Source: an uncultured bacterium
Lineage (GTDB): Bacteria; Chloroflexota; UBA5177; JANWHV01
NCBI GenBank assembly: GCA_963827235.1
Contig: CAWHAE010000012.1
Span: 832,001 to 896,000, forward strand
Length of the DNA stretch: 64,000 nucleotides
Direction: 5' to 3'
Numbering within the stretch: position 1 is the first letter of the stretch; every line of letters starts with the position of its first letter. This document shows, one piece after another, positions 29,513-43,657 of this stretch. Position numbers and translations under genes: made by a program. The notes under the pieces were generated by a model, which ran no database searches, had not been told where the DNA came from, and saw nothing but the letters and a program-made list of their open reading frames with translations.

Positions 29513-29884
29513 TCAGTGCGCGGCAGACTGCTCGTAGGCAGCGCGATCCATCAGTTGCGCGCGGTCGGCGGCATTGCCGGATACCTTCAACAGCCAGCCC
29601 TCGCCGAACGGGCTGCTATTGACGAGCTCGGGCTTATCCACCAGCGCCGTATTGACTTCCACCACGGTGAGGTCGATCGGTGCGTAGAGGTCCGAGGTCG
29701 TCTTTACCGACTCGATCGTCCCGAATGACTCTCCGGCCTTGAACGCCTTGCCGGCCGCCGGCAATTCGACATAAACCACGTCACCGAGCTGGTCCTGCGC
29801 GAAGTCGCTGATACCGAGCGTCATGGGCTCTCCGTCGCTGATCCACTCGTGACTGCTTGCGTAGCGCAGAAGATCGGGATTCAC
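29513..29884 (-). CDS. gcvH: Glycine cleavage system H protein
   Basis: SHEW, GISDFAQDQLGDVVYVELP and lipoyl-Lys motif IESVKTTSD. Confidence 0.97.
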   Translation of the reverse strand: MNPDLLRYASSHEWISDGEPMTLGISDFAQDQLGDVVYVELPAAGKAFKAGESFGTIESVKTTSDLYAPIDLTVVEVNTALVDKPELVNSSPFGEGWLLKVSGNAADRAQLMDRAAYEQSAAH

Positions 29885-29964
29885 CTCTGTTCCTCCTGTG
29901 ACTAGACGCCTGCGACCGCGGAGTCAAGCATGAGCTCTCCGCGATGATCGGTAACTGACATCGG

Positions 29965-31170
29965 CTAGACCTGCTTGCGACGCCGGTAGAACGGCGTTTT
30001 GACAACCGTAGCGGGGTGAGCTTGGTCGCGTACGCCCACGGCGAGCGTGGTCCCCACGATGGATTGCGCGACGGGCACGTAGGCCAGGGCAATGCCTCGA
30101 GACAGCGTCGGCGAGAAACCGCCGCTCGTGACCTCGCCGATCCGAGCGCCTGCCGTGTCGAGAACCGGATAGTGCGCACGCGGCACCGCCCGATCGTCCA
30201 TGGCCAGACCGGCGAGCACCCGTGTCAGGCCCTCGCTCTGCCGCCTTACAAGAGCCTCGCGCCCCCTGAAGTGCTCCTTGTCCAGCCTTACCCAGCGGCC
30301 GAGGCCGGCCTCCAGGGGTGTCGTAGAATCCGTGAGCTCGTTGCCATAGAGCGGCAGCCGTGCCTCCAGGCGAAGTGTGTCGCGGGCCCCGAGACCTACG
30401 GGACGCAGCCCCGCGCCCACCCCGGCACCGCGCAGCGCGTTCCAGGCATTCACCGCCTGACCGGCATCGACGAGAATCTCGAACCCATCCTCTCCGGTAT
30501 AGCCCGTTCTCGCCACGGTAGCGCTGAGCCCAGCCACCACGCACTCGACCAGGCCAAACGAGGGTATGGCGCTGAGCCGCTCGTCCGTGAGCGCCTGCAG
30601 AATGCTCTCCGCCCGCGGTCCCTGGATGGCGATCAGCGCAGTATCCGCGCTGCGATCCTCGATCGCCGTCGTTTCCTGCATCCCCTCCTCGCGCCGTACC
30701 CGGCTCAGCCAGTTCCAGTCCTTTTCGACGTTGGCGGCGTTCACCACCAGCAGGTAATGAGTGCGCTCGGGCCCCGGCAGATGGTAGACGATGATGTCGT
30801 CCACGATCGTTCCGTCGTCGCGGCACATGGGTGAATACATGGCACGGGAGGGCCGGATGGCATCCACGTCGTTAGTGATCAGCGTATTGACGAGTCGGAA
30901 AGCGTCCATCCCGCTCACGTAGAACTCGCCCATGTGCGAGAGGTCGAACAGCCCCGCGACCGCTCGCGTGGCTCTGTGCTCGTCGACTATGCTGCCGTAG
31001 TCGATCGGCATGTGCCAGCCGCCGAAGGGTGCCATGCGCGCACCCAGTGCTACGTGCTGCCCGTGTAGAGGCGTCTCTCGGAGCTTCTCGGCTGCGGGCA
31101 CAGAGGCGGCAGACCGTTCGGGCTGCCCGCTATCTGCGTTTCCGCTCTCAGGTGCCGCGCCACCGCTCAT
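29965..31170 (-). CDS. gcvT: Glycine cleavage system aminomethyltransferase T
   Basis: GLFDLSHMGE, RTGYTGEDGFE and GLGARDTLRLEA. Confidence 0.97.
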   Translation of the reverse strand: MSGGAAPESGNADSGQPERSAASVPAAEKLRETPLHGQHVALGARMAPFGGWHMPIDYGSIVDEHRATRAVAGLFDLSHMGEFYVSGMDAFRLVNTLITNDVDAIRPSRAMYSPMCRDDGTIVDDIIVYHLPGPERTHYLLVVNAANVEKDWNWLSRVRREEGMQETTAIEDRSADTALIAIQGPRAESILQALTDERLSAIPSFGLVECVVAGLSATVARTGYTGEDGFEILVDAGQAVNAWNALRGAGVGAGLRPVGLGARDTLRLEARLPLYGNELTDSTTPLEAGLGRWVRLDKEHFRGREALVRRQSEGLTRVLAGLAMDDRAVPRAHYPVLDTAGARIGEVTSGGFSPTLSRGIALAYVPVAQSIVGTTLAVGVRDQAHPATVVKTPFYRRRKQV

Positions 31171-31206
31171 GCCGAAGTCCTTTGCAGGCCACTATGCTGC
31201 GCCAGT

Positions 31207-31258
31207 AAAGACAAAAGAGCGGAGCCTTTGGGGCAAGCAGCCCGCAAAGCTCCGCTCT
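31207..31258 (-). terminator. Intrinsic terminator (expression platform of the glycine riboswitch)
   Basis: Stem AGAGCGGAGC/GCTCCGCTCT followed by TTTGTCTTT on the minus strand. Confidence 0.85.
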
Positions 31259-31316
31259 GTTCTCGCCGGACCCGTCTCGCAGCAGACGCACCGGCACCTG
31301 TTCAGAGCACCGTCCA

Positions 31317-31405
31317 GCCGGAATCCTGTTGCCTGAGAGATTCGCCCGGCAAGCGAGCTTTCCCCTTCGGCGCCGTGCCACGCCCGGCACGATCTCTTTT
31401 CCGAC
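31317..31405 (-). ncRNA. Glycine riboswitch aptamer (singlet)
   Basis: Minus strand GTCGGAA-AAGAGA...CGCCGAAGG...AATCTCTCAGGCAA...TTCCGGC, located upstream of gcvT. Confidence 0.9.
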
Positions 31406-31451
31406 CTTCTCCCGGTAGCTAGTCACAGTGTAGGTGGTGTGCGGGGGAAAA

Positions 31452-31982
31452 TCAAATCGAAAGCAGTCCGTGCAGGTAGGCGAGGCACTCGTCGACACAG
31501 GCGTCGAGCGAGCGTTCGGTCCGCAACAGGAGCTTCGGCGGGCCGATTGGCTCGGACTCCGCCTTGAGCTTGCTATAGAGGGCGTAGTCGCGGTTCCGCG
31601 CCGCGTGGGCTTCGTCCGCAACGTCGCGCTCGATACGGGCACGAGCGACCTCGTCGGGGCACACGCACTCGACCCAGCAGAGTGCTATCCCCCGACCCTG
31701 CGCGAAGGCTGTCACCTGGTCGCGCTGGTAGCGGCGGACAAACGGTCTACCGTCCAGCAGCACGGTGTGCTCGCGGTTCTTCCCAAACAGGTAGGCAGCT
31801 ACCTCGAGCATGATCGACACGCAGAAGTCGTCCTGTTCGGTCGAGTATTCGATCTCCTGCGGCGGAAAGAGGGCCGCACGAACGGCATCCTTGTCCAGGA
31901 TGATGCCGCCGAGACGGTCCGCCAAGGCACGGCCGACTCTGGTTTTGCCGGTACCCGGCAGTCCCGCGAGCGCTATCAACAT
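31452..31982 (-). CDS. AAA_33-type P-loop kinase
   Basis: GLPGTGKT, DKDAVR and VLLDG. Confidence 0.85.
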   Translation of the reverse strand: MLIALAGLPGTGKTRVGRALADRLGGIILDKDAVRAALFPPQEIEYSTEQDDFCVSIMLEVAAYLFGKNREHTVLLDGRPFVRRYQRDQVTAFAQGRGIALCWVECVCPDEVARARIERDVADEAHAARNRDYALYSKLKAESEPIGPPKLLLRTERSLDACVDECLAYLHGLLSI

Positions 31983-32186
31983 CTCTGCAACCTAGCCGCA
32001 CTGCATGTGTGCCGGAAGCGCCGATCTCGAGTCGCACGAGTGTTCCGGCCCGACAACCTCCATTGTAGATACCACGCCCTCCGTCTGGCCCGTACAATGG
32101 CGAATAATGGTAGTCGAGGCGTGGCTGAACCGGCGTGGTTTCTCGTCGCCGGCAACCAGTCCGCAAGACGATGAGGAGCGCACACA

Positions 32187-33128
32187 ATGAGTCTCGATGC
32201 AGCCCTTCCTACGGACCTGGGCTACGATCAGCAGCTATACATTCTCGCCATGGACCACCGCGGCTCGCTCGAGAAGGGGCTTTTCGGCGTCACGGGCAAG
32301 GCAGATGCGGCCACGGCTGAGCGCATTGTCGACGCGAAGCACATCATCTACGAAGGCTTTCACCTTGCCGTGGAAGGTGGCGTACCGGCGGTAAGCGCGG
32401 GCGTTCTCGTGGACGAGCAATACGGCGGCGGCATTGCCCGCGAGGCAACCTCGAGGGGTGAGACGGTCGCCATTGCCGTGGAGAAGAGCAGCACGAAGGA
32501 GCTGGAGTTCGAGTACGGTGATGAGTTCGGCGCCCATCTCGACGCCTTCTCCGTGCCGTTCGCCAAGGTGCTCGTGCGCTATAACCCGGATGAGGATGCG
32601 ACACTCAACGCACGGCAGGCGGCCAAGCTGGTTCGCCTGGCTGACTGGCAGCGGAGCAGGCGGCGCAAGCTGTTGCTGGAAATGCTGGTACCAGCCACCG
32701 CCGAACAGCTCGCCGGCGTAAACGGCGACACCTATCGCTACGACGTGGAAGTGCGGCCTGATCTGACATACAGGGCCATTGAGCAGCTTCGTGCGGCCGG
32801 CGTCGAGCCCGACGTGTGGAAGATCGAGGGCCTCGATCGCCGCGACGACTGCGCGCGGATCGCCACGCTGATCCGTGCCGGCGGCCGCGACCGCGTGAGC
32901 TGCGTGGTGCTCGGTCGGGCGGCGCCTGAAGCGCGAGTCGACCACTGGCTGCGGCAAGGGGCGGCAGTGCCGGGATATATCGGCTTTGCCATCGGCCGCA
33001 CGCTGTTCTGGGATGCGCTCAAGGGATTTCTGGCCGGCTCACTCGATCGCCGGGCGGCTGCGCGCTCGATCGCCGATGCCTATCGCAGGGCCGTGGACGT
33101 GTACAACGCCGCCGTCCAGGACCGATAG
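32187..33128 (+). CDS. DUF2090 (IolC C-terminal-like) class I aldolase-fold protein
   Basis: YILAMDHRGS, VLVDEQYG, KVLVRYNP, PDVWKIEG, VLGR and GFAIGRT. Confidence 0.88.
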   Translation: MSLDAALPTDLGYDQQLYILAMDHRGSLEKGLFGVTGKADAATAERIVDAKHIIYEGFHLAVEGGVPAVSAGVLVDEQYGGGIAREATSRGETVAIAVEKSSTKELEFEYGDEFGAHLDAFSVPFAKVLVRYNPDEDATLNARQAAKLVRLADWQRSRRRKLLLEMLVPATAEQLAGVNGDTYRYDVEVRPDLTYRAIEQLRAAGVEPDVWKIEGLDRRDDCARIATLIRAGGRDRVSCVVLGRAAPEARVDHWLRQGAAVPGYIGFAIGRTLFWDALKGFLAGSLDRRAAARSIADAYRRAVDVYNAAVQDR

Positions 33129-33239
33129 CGGAGAGGGGGGACCGTCGACGATGACCGGTCTGAAAGTGGAATTCATGGCACGGCCATGGACGAGCATCGC
33201 TTTGCTCAACTCGCTTGCCCAGGGCCGAAACGGCCGTAG

Positions 33240-34187
33240 ATGAGTGACCCCAGCGTAATCGACGTGCTGGGGCTCGGCGTCGCCGCGGTCGACGACCTGC
33301 TCTATGTCCCCGTGTACCCGCCTCCGGACGTGAAGCTACCCGTGCCGCACCGCGAGCGCCACTGCGGCGGCCTGACGGCGACGGCGCTGGTCGCGGCTGC
33401 GCGGTTCGGCGCTCGCTGCAGCTACGCCGGCGTGCTCGGGACCGACGACCTGTCGGAGTTCGTGGTGCAGTCCCTGGAGGCCGAAGGGGTCGATCTCAGC
33501 CACATGCTGCGCCGGGATGGGGCGCGCCCCGTGCATAGCGTCATCATCGTCGGTGCCGAGCAACACACGCGGAACATCTTCTTCACACTCGAGGATGTGG
33601 TTGGCGCCGACGACGCGTATCCGCCGGAAGAGATCATCCGATCGTCGCGCGTGCTGTTTATCGACACGTACGGACCGGCAGGGATGATCCGGGCGGCGAC
33701 GATAGCTCGCGCGGCCGGCATTCCGGTCGTGGCCGACTTCGAGGGTGATACACCTCTGAAGTATCCGGGACTGATCGAGGCCGCCGACCACCTGATCATC
33801 TCGCAGGACTTTGCCACCCGGCTCACGGGCGAGATCGATCCGCGGCGCGCCGTGGCCGTGCTCACATCGCCCACCCGCGAGGCAGTCGTCGTCACTTGCG
33901 GGTCCGAGGGAAGCTGGTACGCCGAGCCGTCGTCCCATGGCGCCCCGATCCATCAGCCCGCTTACCGGGTAGAGGTGGCTGACACGAACGGCTGTGGCGA
34001 CGTCTTCCACGGTGCGTACGCGGCGGCACTGGCTCAGGGCTCTGGAATCGCCGAACGCGTCCGTCTTGCCTCGGCCGCCGCGGCGCTCAAGGCGACGCGG
34101 CCCGGCGGCCAGAGCGGCATTCCGACGCGCGCCACGGTCGGCGCCTTCTTGCAGGCTGGTCCGGCCACACTGGGCCCACTCGGGTGA
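33240..34187 (+). CDS. PfkB-family carbohydrate kinase
   Basis: GGLTATALVAAARFG and DTNGCGDVFHG. Confidence 0.92.
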   Translation: MSDPSVIDVLGLGVAAVDDLLYVPVYPPPDVKLPVPHRERHCGGLTATALVAAARFGARCSYAGVLGTDDLSEFVVQSLEAEGVDLSHMLRRDGARPVHSVIIVGAEQHTRNIFFTLEDVVGADDAYPPEEIIRSSRVLFIDTYGPAGMIRAATIARAAGIPVVADFEGDTPLKYPGLIEAADHLIISQDFATRLTGEIDPRRAVAVLTSPTREAVVVTCGSEGSWYAEPSSHGAPIHQPAYRVEVADTNGCGDVFHGAYAAALAQGSGIAERVRLASAAAALKATRPGGQSGIPTRATVGAFLQAGPATLGPLG

Positions 34188-34422
34188 GACTGCTGCCGCG
34201 GTCACACCCCGGCCGGGCTCATGTCCGGACCACATCGTGGCCGGAGGCAGGCTCGAATCAGCTCCCCCGTGCGAGCGACTCGACCATGCCGCGCGACCTG
34301 ACAGGCCAGCCGAGATCGTCTCGTAAGCTGCCATGGGATCGCAATCGCGGTTCGGTACCCAAGCGTTGACGCAGCGCAGTGCTACCACCCGCTGCCACGC
34401 CCGAGCGGGCGTTGGCGGGCCG

Positions 34423-35637
34423 TCACCGCACCAGCACGGGCTGCACGGCGGGAAGTCCGGCGCTGGGCACCAGGACGGACAGATGGCCCGATCCGTCCAC
34501 CTCGTCGATGTCCACACGCGGCTGGTTGGCCTTCCGCGACGAGGCATCAAGTGATTCGCCGGTTTGAAGCGGGGCCGTGCGGGCACTGTCGTTGGCGACC
34601 GCCGCGAAGACGACGCTCCGACTGCCCGGCACCTGGCTCACACCGGCCAGGTAATAGGCGTGGAGCTGCACGATCACGCCGTGGCCTGAGCCGTCTGCCG
34701 GAGCGCGGCAGACGCTGGCCAGGTATCGGGTCGACGTGATCGCGGCAGTGCCGGTGCCAAGCGAGATCGTGCCCTGCGCAGTCCGCTGCTGGTAGTACAG
34801 CGATTTGCCGTCTGCCGACCAGCTGGGCGTCTCACCCGCGTCAACCTGGGCAATCACGTCGCCGGTAGCAGGCTCCACCGTCTCCACGGTCGACGGACCG
34901 CTCGAGCTACCGGATTGGCTCACCACGGCCAGCGCTCCCGTCACGGCAAGCGCCGGACTGTGCCACCACTGCGCCGCGCCCAACACGGTCGTCCTGCCCG
35001 TTGCCAGGCTTACCACCTGCAGTCCCGAACTGCACGGAGACGAGTAGATTGCCGTGGCGGTCTTCAGACTCCAGCGAAGCGACCTGTCGAGCGTGGACTC
35101 GCGCAGGTACAAGTCTGTCGCCGGATCGGACGCACCTTCCCCTATGCCGCAGAACTGCGCGCTAGACGATCGCCACAGACGCCGCACTCGCCCAGTCGCA
35201 TCGGCTGCCTGGACGTCGAAGTAGGCGTGCCCCTGGTCGTAGCCTGAGTCGGCGACGAAGGCGACCTGGTCGCCATCCACGGCCCAGGCCGGGTAGAAGT
35301 CGCCGGCTCCGCCCGCGAACGAGTGCAGCACTGTGCCGGTGCGGTCGAGAATGAGCAGATTCTGCGGCACCTTCGCGCCCGCGCCGTTATTGAGCCGGAG
35401 CAAGGCAAGATATCTGCCGTCCGGCGACCAGCCGTACCACGGATAGGCGGCGCCCAATCCGTTGTCCCGACCCTTCGTTGTCACCACGGTGCGCTCATGC
35501 GTGGCCAGGTTGAGATAGTAGACATTGCTGTTCTGCGTGAACGCCATCAGCACGGCCGGAGCCGCCTTCGCTTGCATGCGCCCAGGCAAGAAGCAGAGCA
35601 CCGCGATGAGCGCGAGTAGCTCTGGATGCCGCACCAT
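34423..35637 (-). CDS. Secreted TolB/PD40-like beta-propeller protein
   Basis: Signal peptide; repeats WSPDGRYLA, PAWAVDGDQVAF and PSWSADGKSLYY. Confidence 0.75.
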   Translation of the reverse strand: MVRHPELLALIAVLCFLPGRMQAKAAPAVLMAFTQNSNVYYLNLATHERTVVTTKGRDNGLGAAYPWYGWSPDGRYLALLRLNNGAGAKVPQNLLILDRTGTVLHSFAGGAGDFYPAWAVDGDQVAFVADSGYDQGHAYFDVQAADATGRVRRLWRSSSAQFCGIGEGASDPATDLYLRESTLDRSLRWSLKTATAIYSSPCSSGLQVVSLATGRTTVLGAAQWWHSPALAVTGALAVVSQSGSSSGPSTVETVEPATGDVIAQVDAGETPSWSADGKSLYYQQRTAQGTISLGTGTAAITSTRYLASVCRAPADGSGHGVIVQLHAYYLAGVSQVPGSRSVVFAAVANDSARTAPLQTGESLDASSRKANQPRVDIDEVDGSGHLSVLVPSAGLPAVQPVLVR

Positions 35638-35968
35638 CGACTCCTTCCGCTAGGCCTCTTCGATCGATGACCACTCCGTGCCGCCGGGCGGCCACATCGC
35701 AAGCCACACGTGGCCGGAATCCATGGCCTGGAAAGGGCGTCCGGCCCTGCCGCGACCATCCGAGGGTAGGCGGGGCGCCGGCACGGCAAGCCCCGCGCGG
35801 CCGGTGGCCTCCTGCTGCGTGCGCCGGCACCGCGACACCGCGTGTATCCGCGCATGGCGACACGGGTCGCCGCGCCGTCAAACTGAAGGATAGCATACGT
35901 CCGAGCGCGGCCCTCTCGGGCAACGCAAGCCTCGATGCCGGCTGGAACCGGCGCACCGGGCGCCGCGG

Positions 35969-38611
35969 TCACTCGGTGACGCTGCCGTCCGACAAACGCA
36001 GCGTCAGGCGAAACACGCTCCCCGCGCAGCCGGTAGATTCGAGCTGGAGGTCACCGCCCATCGCTTGGGCCAGGCTGCGGCTGATGAACAGGCCCAGCCC
36101 GGTACCGACACGGCCGGAACGAGTCGGGCTGCCACTCGCACGCCCGAAGCGCGTGAACAAGCGGTCAAGCCCTTCGACAGAAATCCCCGCCCCGTGGTCC
36201 CGAACCAGGACGGCCGCTGCCGGAGTCTCGCGCGCAAAGCGGATGTGAACGGGTGAGCCTTCCGGAGAGTACTTTGCGGCGTTGTCGAGAATGTTCACCA
36301 GCACCTGTACCGTGCGGTCCGGATCGGCCAGCACCTGAAGGTCGCCGGGACCTTCGATCTCGATCTGCTGACCGATGTAGCTTGAGCGCACCTCGCTTGC
36401 AGCGCGGTCGATCAGACTTTGAAGCAGCACAGTCTGTGTCTTGGGAGCAAGGGCGCCGATCTCGAGCCGGCTCACGAGCAGCAGATCTTCGACCAGTCGC
36501 TGCTGCCGATTTGCCGACACCACTATCCGGTCAACGCGGTCCAGCCGATCCTCGTCGGCGAGCTCAGCCCAGTGAGCCTGTAGGAGCTCCGCATAGCCGA
36601 CGATAGCCGTGAGCGGCGTGCGCAACTCATGACTCACCGTGGCCACGAAGTCGCTGCGAAGCGTGGCCAGACCCTGCGCTGCCGTGGCCTGGGCCTGTGA
36701 CTGCTCCAGCAGCTCTGTCTTCAGATTGTTCGTCTCTGCAAGCTGGCGGTTGAGTTCCTCCAGGCGTGCCGCGGCAGCCCGGTACGCGTCTTTCTCTGTC
36801 CGCTCTCGCTCGAGCTCCATGCGGGCCCGCCGCCGCTCGCTTTCCTCGAGCAGCTGCTTCAGCCGCTCTCGTTCCCGCGTCAATCGTTCGCGAGCAAGAG
36901 CGGCCATCAGCGGGGCAGTCCACTGCCACACGCCCACGTCGGATGCCAACAGCTGAAGCTCAGGTGGACTCAGCAATGCCAAGGCGCCCCAATCGTGATC
37001 GGTCGCTCGTAGAGGCAACACCATGACCATCTGGTCCGGGTTGTCCCGCATCGCGGACTCGAGCACGTCGAGAGGCGGGAACGCCGTGGGGCAGCATGGT
37101 TCGCCGATCCGGTCGGACCGCGTTTCGCCCTGCCGAAACACGCCGGCAATCGTCAGCTCTGAGCCCGTCACATCGTCGCGCCAAATGCCCAGGCAACCCG
37201 CGGACGCGAGTGTCTCCCCGAGCCAGGCCAGATCACGCGCGCTCTCTTCGCGAAGCGCCAACAGCCGCAGATTCGTCTGGTGGTTTCGACCGTTGATCGT
37301 TTCGAAGTCAAGGGCGCGCCGGACAAACTGGTACCGAGCGGCGTACAGGAGCTCAGTCCGCATCTCGTCCAGGAACTCGCGCACTCGGAGCGGCGCCGAG
37401 GCATCGTGAGGCTCGGTATCGAGAAAACCCTCTGCGCCCCGTTCGAGGGCGCCGAAGGCGCGACCTACCGCCTCAATACTGGTGCCGGCGGTGCAGATAT
37501 CGCGCCACGCTCTGGTCAGCATCCCTGGTGCGGGAAGCGGCCCGCCGGATACTACCACGGCCAGTGCCGCGACAATCCGACCGGCCGCGGCGAGAAGATC
37601 GGCGTGACGGCGAGCCATCTCAATGCCCTGGATCGGGAGTGCTTCGGCTACCACGGCCCACTGCAATACTTCCATGCGACGGCGCGAGCCGGCGCCAGCG
37701 TCCGGCACGGGAGGTGTCGTGCGAGCGTGGGTCCAGCAGCCGCAGGATTGCCGGAAGATCGGCTGAACGGGTACCAGGGTTTTCCGCGGCAGGACCTCCC
37801 GGCCGGCCAGCTGGGCCAGCACCAATCTGGCAGCCGTCGCACCGATCTCACCGTTGAACTGGTGGACGGTGGTAAGCGACGGTATGCTTGTCGCGCTGAC
37901 CTGCACATCGTCAAATGCCACGACCGCCAGATCCCCGGGCACCGTATAGCCGGCCTCCTGGATCCGCCTGATGATGGTCAGGGCGTTCTGATCGGTCGCT
38001 ACGCAGAGCGCGGTGCATGGCACACCAGCTGCGAGCATGGCATCGGCAGCGGTATTCCCTCCCGATTCGATGAGATCAGAAGTCTCGAAACACAGGTGCG
38101 GATCGGGCTCGATGCCGGCCTCCTGCAGTGCCGCTGCGTAGGACTCCCATCGCTCGCGCACGTCGGCATTATTCATGTATCCCGCGAATCCGATACGGGT
38201 ATGACCATGCTCGACGAGGTGCCGCACGAGCGCCGAAACGCCTATATGGTTGTCGGGGAAAACCGCCGGAATGCCCAGCTCGGGGAAGTACGCGCAGATG
38301 GTGACGATAGGCTTTCCAGAGTGCTGTAGCTGCTTCAGGTCGTCGGCGGTCACGGCATCGGTAATGCTGATCAGTGCGTCGACGTGGTCCAGCGCATAGG
38401 GGACGAAGGGACCGGACTGGACGCCGGTGGTTTCATGACCGAGCCAGGACTGCGGTCGAGTCTGTATCGCCAGCGCACGACTTCCCTGCTGCTGCGCGGC
38501 GCGGTCAATACCCAGCAGCGTGTTGCCGAAAAACTCGTCGCCCAAGAAAGGGCTCAGGACGCCGATACGCGGCTGGCGGGGCGTCTTGATTGCATGCATC
38601 CAGTGCCGCAT
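35969..38611 (-). CDS. Histidine kinase with an N-terminal LacI-type ligand-binding domain
   Basis: HLVEHGHTRIGF, VPGDLAVVAFDD and PSLTTVHQ, then VSHELRTPL, NILDNAAKYS, DHGAGI and GTGLGL. Confidence 0.9.
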   Translation of the reverse strand: MRHWMHAIKTPRQPRIGVLSPFLGDEFFGNTLLGIDRAAQQQGSRALAIQTRPQSWLGHETTGVQSGPFVPYALDHVDALISITDAVTADDLKQLQHSGKPIVTICAYFPELGIPAVFPDNHIGVSALVRHLVEHGHTRIGFAGYMNNADVRERWESYAAALQEAGIEPDPHLCFETSDLIESGGNTAADAMLAAGVPCTALCVATDQNALTIIRRIQEAGYTVPGDLAVVAFDDVQVSATSIPSLTTVHQFNGEIGATAARLVLAQLAGREVLPRKTLVPVQPIFRQSCGCWTHARTTPPVPDAGAGSRRRMEVLQWAVVAEALPIQGIEMARRHADLLAAAGRIVAALAVVVSGGPLPAPGMLTRAWRDICTAGTSIEAVGRAFGALERGAEGFLDTEPHDASAPLRVREFLDEMRTELLYAARYQFVRRALDFETINGRNHQTNLRLLALREESARDLAWLGETLASAGCLGIWRDDVTGSELTIAGVFRQGETRSDRIGEPCCPTAFPPLDVLESAMRDNPDQMVMVLPLRATDHDWGALALLSPPELQLLASDVGVWQWTAPLMAALARERLTRERERLKQLLEESERRRARMELERERTEKDAYRAAAARLEELNRQLAETNNLKTELLEQSQAQATAAQGLATLRSDFVATVSHELRTPLTAIVGYAELLQAHWAELADEDRLDRVDRIVVSANRQQRLVEDLLLVSRLEIGALAPKTQTVLLQSLIDRAASEVRSSYIGQQIEIEGPGDLQVLADPDRTVQVLVNILDNAAKYSPEGSPVHIRFARETPAAAVLVRDHGAGISVEGLDRLFTRFGRASGSPTRSGRVGTGLGLFISRSLAQAMGGDLQLESTGCAGSVFRLTLRLSDGSVTE

Positions 38612-39064
38612 CGCCGAGACTAGTCGGCATTCCCTGCACCATTCTGCAGCGGCGGCGAACCGCCCTGCAATCCCCCGATGCTATGGGATCAGGAGTCTAG
38701 CCCGCAGGCCGCGCCTCCGCCTCTTCTGCCTCCCCAGCGCACACCACTGGCCGGCTTTACGCTATTATTACGAAAACCCCCGTGCCGCCGGTCTCCCGTT
38801 TCGTGGGATCTCCCATCGGGTGGACCCGGTCGCAGGACTCGCGGGCGGGACGGCCAGGTCAGACCCTGTATTCACATTCAGCTACCGGTATACGGTATAT
38901 TTTTAGATCTAACCGCATAATTATGATTCCACCGCGGCCCGATCGTCTTCACGAGACTCGGGCGGTGTTCCGCCACAATGAACGTGGCACCCTCCGCGGC
39001 AAGGTCGCCGGCATTGGGATGCAGGCTGGATCGCCCCTCGTAGCAGAGAGAACAGAAGGAACAC

Positions 39065-43649
<4,585 letters not shown>

Positions 43650-43657
<8 letters not shown>

